Shown piece after piece: positions 57,432-64,000 of a stretch of 64,000 nucleotides of DNA. The stretch spans positions 2,912,001 to 2,976,000 of the forward strand of contig OZ241326.1 of NCBI GenBank assembly GCA_965199855.1, in the 5' to 3' direction. A model generated the notes under the pieces. That model did no database searches and was not told the DNA's origin. It saw only the letters and a program-made list of their open reading frames with translations. Origin of the DNA: a bacterium. Lineage in GTDB: Bacteria; UBA8248. Made by a program: the position numbers and the translations under genes. Within the stretch, counting starts at the first letter, position 1. Each line of letters begins with the position of its first letter.

Positions 57432-58211
57432 CTACCACTTCGCCAGATGCCACCAGTATATCTCTCCCCCGCCGGAGACGTAGCCCGCGAAAAAGGTGAC
57501 GGCGACGACGTGCGCCGCCATTCCGAGAATGAAGAGAACCGCCAGCGCGACGTGCGCCAGCCGCCAGCGCGCCTGGAGGAGGGAGGCGCGCGAGCGTCCC
57601 CCCAGCAGCGCCCTCTCCCGCGCGGCGAGCCGCGCGTAGGAGAACGCGAGGCGGGGCCTGGCGAGCCAGTGCCCGAGCGTGGGGGAGAAAACGCCCTCGC
57701 TCGCTCCCGGCTCCAGCCTGGACAGGAGGGCTTCCTTCTCCCGAATCAGGCGCGCCACGCGCTCGCGGCCGGCCGCGTCCGGCGGAGAAGAGGAGAAGGA
57801 GTCCTCCCGCGCGGCGAAGGCCGCCGCCATGCCCCTTGCGCCGCGGACGCGCGCCCATACGCCCAGAATCACCAAGAGCAGCAGCGCGGCGAGCAGCAGC
57901 GCCGGCGCGTAGCGGAGGAGCCCGCCCGAGTGGATCGCCGCCAGCGCGCCGCCCAGGGTGGCCGTCACCACGTGGGCGGAGAACCAGCCGAGGGGCGAGC
58001 CGCCCCGGCCCGTGCGCTTGACGAGCACGAAGACCAGGGAGACGCACAGGAGGAGGGCGCCGGCGGCGCCGCACAGATACAGCGTCGGGGAGCCCGGCAG
58101 GCGCCACTCGGGCGGCAGCTCGCCGCGGAAGGCGAAGAAGGTGACCAGGGCGACCGCCGCCGCGAAGAGGAGGTAGGCGAGGAGCCTGTCGCCGATGTCG
58201 AGCCGCCGCAT
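57432..58211 (-). CDS. Integral membrane protein, ferric-reductase/cytochrome b-like
   Basis: ~5 TM helices with two H-x13-H pairs. Confidence 0.7.
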   Translation of the reverse strand: MRRLDIGDRLLAYLLFAAAVALVTFFAFRGELPPEWRLPGSPTLYLCGAAGALLLCVSLVFVLVKRTGRGGSPLGWFSAHVVTATLGGALAAIHSGGLLRYAPALLLAALLLLVILGVWARVRGARGMAAAFAAREDSFSSSPPDAAGRERVARLIREKEALLSRLEPGASEGVFSPTLGHWLARPRLAFSYARLAARERALLGGRSRASLLQARWRLAHVALAVLFILGMAAHVVAVTFFAGYVSGGGEIYWWHLAKW

Positions 58212-58216
58212 GGGGA

Positions 58217-58696
58217 TCAGGGAAATTCGATTTTGACGACGTCCACGATCTCGAAATTCCTCACCCCGCCCGGCAGCCGCACCGCGACCGCGTCGCCGGG
58301 CTCCTTCTGCATGATTCCGCGCGCGAGCGGCGCGCTGAAGGAGATGACCCCGTTGGGGAGGTCGCTCTCCTCCTCGCCCAGGATCTCGTAGGTGATCTCC
58401 TCGTCCCTGTCCAGATCGTGGAGGGTGACCCGCGTGCCGATGGTCACCTTCTCGCCCGAGACGGGGAGCTCCTCTATCAGGCTCGCCTCCCGAATCTTGT
58501 CCATGATGCGGCTCACCTCGTTCTTCAGGTTGCCCTGCAGCTCGATGGCCGCCTCCCATTCGGCGTTCTCGCTCAAATCGCCCAGGCTCGCCGCGCGGCC
58601 GATCTCCCGCGCCACCTCGCCCTTGAGGCGGCGCTGGATTTCCTCGACCCTCTGCCTCAGGGACTCGAGGCTCGTCCTCGTGATGTAATACGGCAT
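58217..58696 (-). CDS. greA: Transcription elongation factor GreA
   Basis: GDLSENAEW, ISFSAPLAR. Confidence 0.9.
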   Translation of the reverse strand: MPYYITRTSLESLRQRVEEIQRRLKGEVAREIGRAASLGDLSENAEWEAAIELQGNLKNEVSRIMDKIREASLIEELPVSGEKVTIGTRVTLHDLDRDEEITYEILGEEESDLPNGVISFSAPLARGIMQKEPGDAVAVRLPGGVRNFEIVDVVKIEFP

Positions 58697-58715
58697 GTCT
58701 CCCTCGCCGCGCGCG

Positions 58716-59633
58716 TCAGGCGCCCCGCGGCGCTCCCGCCTTCAGCCGCTCCCGAAAGTCATACCCCGTCTCCTCCACGAACGCCTCCATCAGCCGCCGC
58801 GTGACGGGCCCCGGAACGGGCGCGGCCGGCCGGAAGCCGTCTATCTCGCGCACCGGCATGGCGCATATCGCGCTGGAGGTGATGAAATACTCGTCCGCCT
58901 GCGCCAGATCGTAGGTCGTGATGCCCCTTTCCTCCAGCGGAATCCCCAGGCGCGCGGCCAGCTCGAACACCGCAAGGCGGGTCACCCCCTGCAGCACGTT
59001 CCCCTCGGGCGGCGTCCACAGGGCGCCGTCCCTCACCATGAAGAAGTTGGCGACCGAGTTCTCCGCCACGCGGCCGTAAATGTCGAGCATCAGGGAGAGG
59101 GCGCCCGAGGCCGCCGCGTCCAGCTCCGCGAGAATCTGGTTCATCTTGCTCGTCACCTTCGCCCGCGTCTCCACGCACTCGGGCGGGTTGCGCCGCGTGG
59201 GCGTTATCGCCAGGCGCGCGCCGCGAAGGTAGCGCTCGGCGAAGGCGGCCACGTCCACCGGCCGCCAGAAGATGAACACCGAGGCGGGCCCCGCCGCCCC
59301 CGCCGCCATGGAGGGATCGTCCATCCCGCGCGTAACCCAGTGGCCGACGCGGTACATCGCGCCCTCCTCCAGGCGGCGAAGGTTCGCCTCCAGCGCGGCG
59401 AGGGTGGCGCGCCGCATCTCCTCCCTGTCGAGGCCGGCGTCGATGCGGACGTACCTGAGCGAGCGGTAGAGGCGCGCCAGATGATCGTCGAGCCGATACA
59501 GCTTGCCCGAGAAGCAGGGCGTGACCTCATACACCCCGTCTCCCCAGAGGAAGCCGCGGTCGAAGGGCGAGACCATGGCGGCGCTCTCCTCGATGATCTC
59601 GCCGTTGAGATAGACGAAGCGATCACCCGGCAT
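58716..59633 (-). CDS. Aminotransferase class IV (branched-chain/D-amino acid type)
   Basis: DRGFLWGDGVYE, HLARL, LQGVTR. Confidence 0.92.
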   Translation of the reverse strand: MPGDRFVYLNGEIIEESAAMVSPFDRGFLWGDGVYEVTPCFSGKLYRLDDHLARLYRSLRYVRIDAGLDREEMRRATLAALEANLRRLEEGAMYRVGHWVTRGMDDPSMAAGAAGPASVFIFWRPVDVAAFAERYLRGARLAITPTRRNPPECVETRAKVTSKMNQILAELDAAASGALSLMLDIYGRVAENSVANFFMVRDGALWTPPEGNVLQGVTRLAVFELAARLGIPLEERGITTYDLAQADEYFITSSAICAMPVREIDGFRPAAPVPGPVTRRLMEAFVEETGYDFRERLKAGAPRGA

Positions 59634-59842
59634 CGGGCGGCGTCCTCCACGCGCGTCAGCAGCAAAGAAAAGCGGGCCCGAAGCGTCGGGCGCGTGAGAA
59701 GCGAAGCGTCATTCTACATCCGCCCATCCTACGGGGAAAAGCCCGCCGGGGGAAGCCCGCCCGTCGGGATTCCGGGGGCGTCCCGCCGCATCCGCCGGCT
59801 CCGGCCGTGACCGGAGCGTCCCGGGGGAGGGCGCCGGGGCGG

Positions 59843-61435
59843 CTATTTCCGCCTTCCCCAGCCGCCGCCGCCGGGCGTCTCGAAGCGCACCCTGTCCCCG
59901 CGCCTCGCCCGGACGCGCGCCTTGCCGGGGAAGCGCCGCTTTTTGCCCCCGCGAATGAGCAGGTTCCTGCCCTTCATGCCCGGCTCGCCTCCCGCGAGGG
60001 GCCAGGGCGCCGTCTCGCGCCTCTCCGTCATGAACGAGACGGCGGCGTCGCCGAGCAGCTCGATTTCCCGGACGATGCCGTCGCCGCCCCGATGCGCGCC
60101 CCGGCCGCCGCTGCCCCGCCGGACGGCGTAGCGGCTCACCCGAAATGGATAGGCGTGCTCGAGCGCCTCGATCGGGGTGTTCAGCGTGTTGGTCAGGTGG
60201 GTGTGAATCGCGTCCTCGCCCGCGCCCCACGGCCCCGCGCCCATGCCGCCGCCCGTGGTCTCGTAGTAGGCGTATGGACGCCCCAGCCGGGGGCCGGGCC
60301 GGTGGTCGACGCCCCCTATCGTGAGGTTGTTCATCGTCCCGCAGGAGGCGGCGGGCACCCTGTCCGGGCGCGCCCGGGCGAGCGCGCCCAGAATCGCGTC
60401 CACCATCCGCTGGCTCGTCTCCACGTTGCCGCCGGCGACGGCGGCGGGAAACTCCGCGTTCACGACCGTGCCCGAGGGCGCGATCACCTCGATGGGCGCC
60501 ATGCACCCCGCGTTGTTCGGAATGTCGTAGGGCACCAGGCACCGCACGGCGTAGTAGGCCGCCGTGCGCGCGATGGACTCCACCGCGTTGACGCTGCCCC
60601 GCGTCTGCGGGGCGGAGCCCGAGTAGTCCACGCGCATCCTGGCGCCGCGGACGGCGATTTCCACCCGTATCGGAACGGGGCCGCTGCCGAAGCCGTCGTC
60701 GTCCATGAAGTCCTCGAAGCGGTAGCGCCCGTCGGGAATCTCCCGAATCGCCGCCTTCGTCAGGCGCTCGGCGTATCTCTGAAGCTCCACGGTGTAGCGC
60801 AGCGTCTCGGCGAGGCCGTGGCGCTCGACGATCTCCAGAAGGCGCCGCTCGCCCACGCGGTTGGCCGCGATTTGCGCGGCGATGTCCCCCCTGCGCTCCT
60901 CGGGCGTGCGCACGTTCGAGAGGATGAGGGCGAGGACGTCCTCCTGCGTCTCGCCCCGGCGGACGAGCCTCACCGGGGGAATCACCACCCCGTCCTGGAA
61001 TATCTCCGTCGTGATGCTCATCGAGCCGGGGGCGATGCCGCCCACGTCCGCGTGGTGCGCCCGGTTGGCGACGTAGTAGATCAGCTCCTCCCCGCCCCGC
61101 CTCCGGACGTGGACGGGCGATATCATCGTGATGTCCGGCAGGTGGTTTCCCCCGTGGAAGGGGTCGTTCAGCGCGACCACGTCGCCCGGCTCCAGCGTCA
61201 TGCGCTCGATGACGTATTCCACGGACATCGGCATGGAGCCCAGGTGCGCGGGCAGGTGCGCCGCCTGCGCCGCCATGCGCCCCCCGGCGTCGAAGACGGC
61301 GCACGAGTAGTCCTTCCTCTCCTTGATGTTGGGAGAGAAGGAGGAGCGGCACAGCGCCACGCCCATCTCCTCGGAGGCGGCGAACAGCAGGCTGCGAAAC
61401 ACCTCGAGGAGTATCGGGTCGCATCGTTCGGCCAT
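59843..61435 (-). CDS. Hydantoinase B / oxoprolinase family subunit
   Basis: SPNIKERKDYSCA, HLPAHLGSM, NDPFHGGNHLPD, HHADVGG, TPGGGGWG. Confidence 0.95.
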   Translation of the reverse strand: MAERCDPILLEVFRSLLFAASEEMGVALCRSSFSPNIKERKDYSCAVFDAGGRMAAQAAHLPAHLGSMPMSVEYVIERMTLEPGDVVALNDPFHGGNHLPDITMISPVHVRRRGGEELIYYVANRAHHADVGGIAPGSMSITTEIFQDGVVIPPVRLVRRGETQEDVLALILSNVRTPEERRGDIAAQIAANRVGERRLLEIVERHGLAETLRYTVELQRYAERLTKAAIREIPDGRYRFEDFMDDDGFGSGPVPIRVEIAVRGARMRVDYSGSAPQTRGSVNAVESIARTAAYYAVRCLVPYDIPNNAGCMAPIEVIAPSGTVVNAEFPAAVAGGNVETSQRMVDAILGALARARPDRVPAASCGTMNNLTIGGVDHRPGPRLGRPYAYYETTGGGMGAGPWGAGEDAIHTHLTNTLNTPIEALEHAYPFRVSRYAVRRGSGGRGAHRGGDGIVREIELLGDAAVSFMTERRETAPWPLAGGEPGMKGRNLLIRGGKKRRFPGKARVRARRGDRVRFETPGGGGWGRRK

Positions 61436-61446
61436 CGCGCGCCCCC

Positions 61447-63462
61447 TCAGCCCGGATTCTTCAGGACGAGATTGCCCCAGTCGTCCACCCGGCACTCCCA
61501 GCCCGGCGGGACGACCGTCGTCGCGCTGAACTCGCACGCGAGGGCGGGGCCCCTGAAGCGGCTTCCGCGCGGGAGCGCCTCCCGCTCGTACACCGCGCCC
61601 TCGACTTCCCTGCCGCCAAACACCATGCGCCGCCTCCCCGCGAGCGCGCGGGAGGCGCTTCCGCGCGCCCCGGCGAGCCTCCGCGCGGGCGGACGCTCGA
61701 CCTCTCCCACGGCCCGCGCCCTGAGCGTCACGATCTCGACGCCGCCGCCGGGGTTCGAGACGCCGAAGCGCTCCTCGTGCGCCTCATCGAACGCCTCCCT
61801 CATGCGCCTGCGGACGTCCGCGCCCGCCCCGGGCCGGTAGGGAAGCGTCAGCTCGTAGGATTGTCCGAGATAGCGCATGTCCATGGAAAGCGAAAAGGCG
61901 GGATTCGGGAATCCCTCGAGCCTCAAGTCGCGGCGTCCCTGCCTTCGCAGGGGGGCGAAGGCCCGCTCCAGCGCCCTTCCGCCCGCCTCCTCCAGGGGCA
62001 GCAGCGCCGTTCTGGCGTAGTCCTTCGCCACGTCCGCGGTCAGCATTCCCCGCGCGGAGAGAATGCCCGGGGCGTCGGGAACCACGACGCGCGGGATTCC
62101 GAGCAGCTCCGCCAGCGCGCAGGCGTGCATCGCGCCCGCGCCCCCGAAGGAGACGAGGGCGAACTTCCGCGGGTCGCGCCCGCGCTCCACGCTGATGAGG
62201 CGAACGGCGCGCGCCATGCGCTGGTTCGCCACGCGGACGACGCCCTCCGCCGCCCGCCGGACGTCGAGGCGCAGGCTCCGCGCCAGCCGCGCGGCGCCGG
62301 CGCGCGCCGCCTTCTCGTCGAGGCGCATTCCGCCGCCCAGGAACCGCTCGGGGTCGAGGCGGCCGAGGAGCAGGTTCGCGTCCGTGACGGTGAACCGGCT
62401 CCCCCTGCCGTAGCACATCGGCCCCGGGTCCGCCCCCGCGCTCTGGGGGCCGACCGCGAGCGCGCCGCCCGGATCGACGCGGGCGATGGAGCCGCCGCCC
62501 GCCCCCACCGTGTGGATGTCGATGAGGGGAATCCGAATCGGACAGCCGGCCACCTCGGCCTCCGAGGTGAAGCCGACGCCGCCCTGGAGCAGGGACACGT
62601 CCGTGCTCGTCCCGCCCATGTCGAAGGCGATGGCGTTCTCGAACCCCGCCGTCCGCGCCGCCTCGCGCGCGCCCACGACGCCGCCGGCGGGGCCGGACAG
62701 AATCGTCCGTATGGCCTCCTCGCCCGCCGTCGCGCTCGAGATGACGCCCCCGTTGCTCTGCATGATCCGCAGCCGCCCCGAGTCGAGGCGCGCCTCCAGA
62801 TCCTTCAGATACCTGCTCATCATCGGGGAGACGTAGGCGTTCACGCACGCCGCGCTCATCCGCTCGTATTCGCGGAACTCGGGAAGCACCCGGCTGGACA
62901 TCGACACGTGAACGCCGCCGCGCCGCGCGGCGTCCGCCACCATCCTCTCATGGGAGGGATTCGCGTAGGAGTGCAGGAGGCAGACGGCGACGGACTCGAC
63001 CTTCGCCCGCTTCAGCTTCTCCGCGAGCGCCCGGAGGGAGGAGCGGCTGAGGGGGACTATCTCGCGGCCCTTCTCGTCCAGGCGCTCCTCCACCCCCATC
63101 CGGAGGCTTCTCGGCACCAGCGCGGGCGGCCTGCGATAGGCCAGATTGTAGAGCTCCCCTCGGTTCTGGCGGCCGATTTCGATTACGTCCTCGAAGCCGG
63201 CCGTCGTCACGAGGGCGGTTCTCGCCCCCCGGCGGGTGAGCAGGGCGTTCGTCGCCACGGTGGAGCCGTGGGTGACGTCCGGGGCGAGGCCGCGCCCCTC
63301 CAGAACCTCCTCCAGCCCCCGGAGGATGGCGCGGGCGGGCGCGTCGGGCGTGGAGGGCACCTTGTGAATCCGCGCCTCCTCGCCGTCGAAGGAGATGAAG
63401 TCGGTGAAGGTGCCCCCCGTGTCCACGCCGACCCGGAGCGCCGCGCCGCGCGCGGGCATCAT
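61447..63462 (-). CDS. Hydantoinase A / oxoprolinase family subunit (ATP-dependent)
   Basis: GVDTGGTFTD, SGPAGG, DMGGTSTD, GAGGGS, SAGADPGP. Confidence 0.95.
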   Translation of the reverse strand: MMPARGAALRVGVDTGGTFTDFISFDGEEARIHKVPSTPDAPARAILRGLEEVLEGRGLAPDVTHGSTVATNALLTRRGARTALVTTAGFEDVIEIGRQNRGELYNLAYRRPPALVPRSLRMGVEERLDEKGREIVPLSRSSLRALAEKLKRAKVESVAVCLLHSYANPSHERMVADAARRGGVHVSMSSRVLPEFREYERMSAACVNAYVSPMMSRYLKDLEARLDSGRLRIMQSNGGVISSATAGEEAIRTILSGPAGGVVGAREAARTAGFENAIAFDMGGTSTDVSLLQGGVGFTSEAEVAGCPIRIPLIDIHTVGAGGGSIARVDPGGALAVGPQSAGADPGPMCYGRGSRFTVTDANLLLGRLDPERFLGGGMRLDEKAARAGAARLARSLRLDVRRAAEGVVRVANQRMARAVRLISVERGRDPRKFALVSFGGAGAMHACALAELLGIPRVVVPDAPGILSARGMLTADVAKDYARTALLPLEEAGGRALERAFAPLRRQGRRDLRLEGFPNPAFSLSMDMRYLGQSYELTLPYRPGAGADVRRRMREAFDEAHEERFGVSNPGGGVEIVTLRARAVGEVERPPARRLAGARGSASRALAGRRRMVFGGREVEGAVYEREALPRGSRFRGPALACEFSATTVVPPGWECRVDDWGNLVLKNPG

Positions 63463-64000
63463 CGCCTCCTGCGGGGCCAGGCTTCCGGGTTCAGCAGGTC
63501 GGGGGGGCGCCTGCCGAGCAGCCAGGCCCGCGCGTTCCGCGCCGCCCGCGCCGAAACCGCCCTGCGGCCCAGGTCGGTGTTCGTCCCCAGGTGCGGCAGC
63601 ATGACGACGTTCCGCATCCGCAGGAGCTCGGGGCGCGGCTCGGGCTCGCGCTCGAACACGTCCAGTCCCGCGCCGCCGAGACGGCCCGAGCGCAGGGCGT
63701 CCGCGAGGGCGCGCTCGTCCAGCACGCCCCCCCGGGACGTATTGACGATCACGGCGCCCTTCTTCATGCGGGCGAACTCCCCGGCGCCGATGAGATGGCG
63801 CGTCTCCTCGTTGAGGGCTACGTGCGCGCTCAGGAAGTCCGCCTCGCGCAGCAGCGCGCGAAACGGGCGGTAGGAGACGCCGAGCGCCTTCTCCGCCGAC
63901 GGGCTCCTTCTCCTCCGGCTCCAGTATCGGACCTTCATGCCGAACGCGCCCGCCATGCGCGCCACCGCGCCGCCGATGCGCCCCAGCCCGACGACGCCCA
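63459..64000 (-). CDS. D-isomer-specific 2-hydroxyacid dehydrogenase (glyoxylate reductase-like), 5' truncated by window edge
   Basis: GVVGLGRIG, NTSRGG, LDVFERE, LPHLG. Confidence 0.92.
   Translation of the reverse strand, partial: GVVGLGRIGGAVARMAGAFGMKVRYWSRRRRSPSAEKALGVSYRPFRALLREADFLSAHVALNEETRHLIGAGEFARMKKGAVIVNTSRGGVLDERALADALRSGRLGGAGLDVFEREPEPRPELLRMRNVVMLPHLGTNTDLGRRAVSARAARNARAWLLGRRPPDLLNPEAWPRRRR

Overview
High-GC (roughly 70% by eye) bacterial chromosomal segment from a diderm (autotransporter, Slam-like outer-membrane barrel, Tat substrate); taxon cannot be fixed from sequence alone. About 55 genes: a DUF1302-DUF1329-YCF48-RND cluster, a CUT1 ABC importer, catabolic enzymes (LLM monooxygenase, HpcH aldolase, FAH, LeuCD-like hydratase, acyl-CoA dehydrogenase, hydantoinase/oxoprolinase), hemE-hemH-hemY, tRNA-Cys, nth, folD-xseA-xseB-ispA-dxs-tlyA, cysE-iscS-iscU, greA, and a fused 4x[4Fe-4S]/Mo-bisPGD oxidoreductase with a cytochrome-b-like partner. 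The most unusual part is 27.1-36.0 kb. There an autotransporter gene carries a perfect 19x8-nt tandem repeat between its start codon and signal peptide (likely slipped-strand phase variation). It is flanked on both sides by ~2.3-kb non-coding mosaics of GTAG- and CGTC-type REP palindromes. These mosaics contain a 96-bp cassette present in both orientations between conserved flanks, and a directly repeated ~650-bp element with an AT-rich dyad and 21-bp-periodic motifs. Together this resembles a Neisseria-NIME-like surface-variation locus. No transposase, integrase or cas gene is visible in the window. Product calls are from motif recognition, not database searches.
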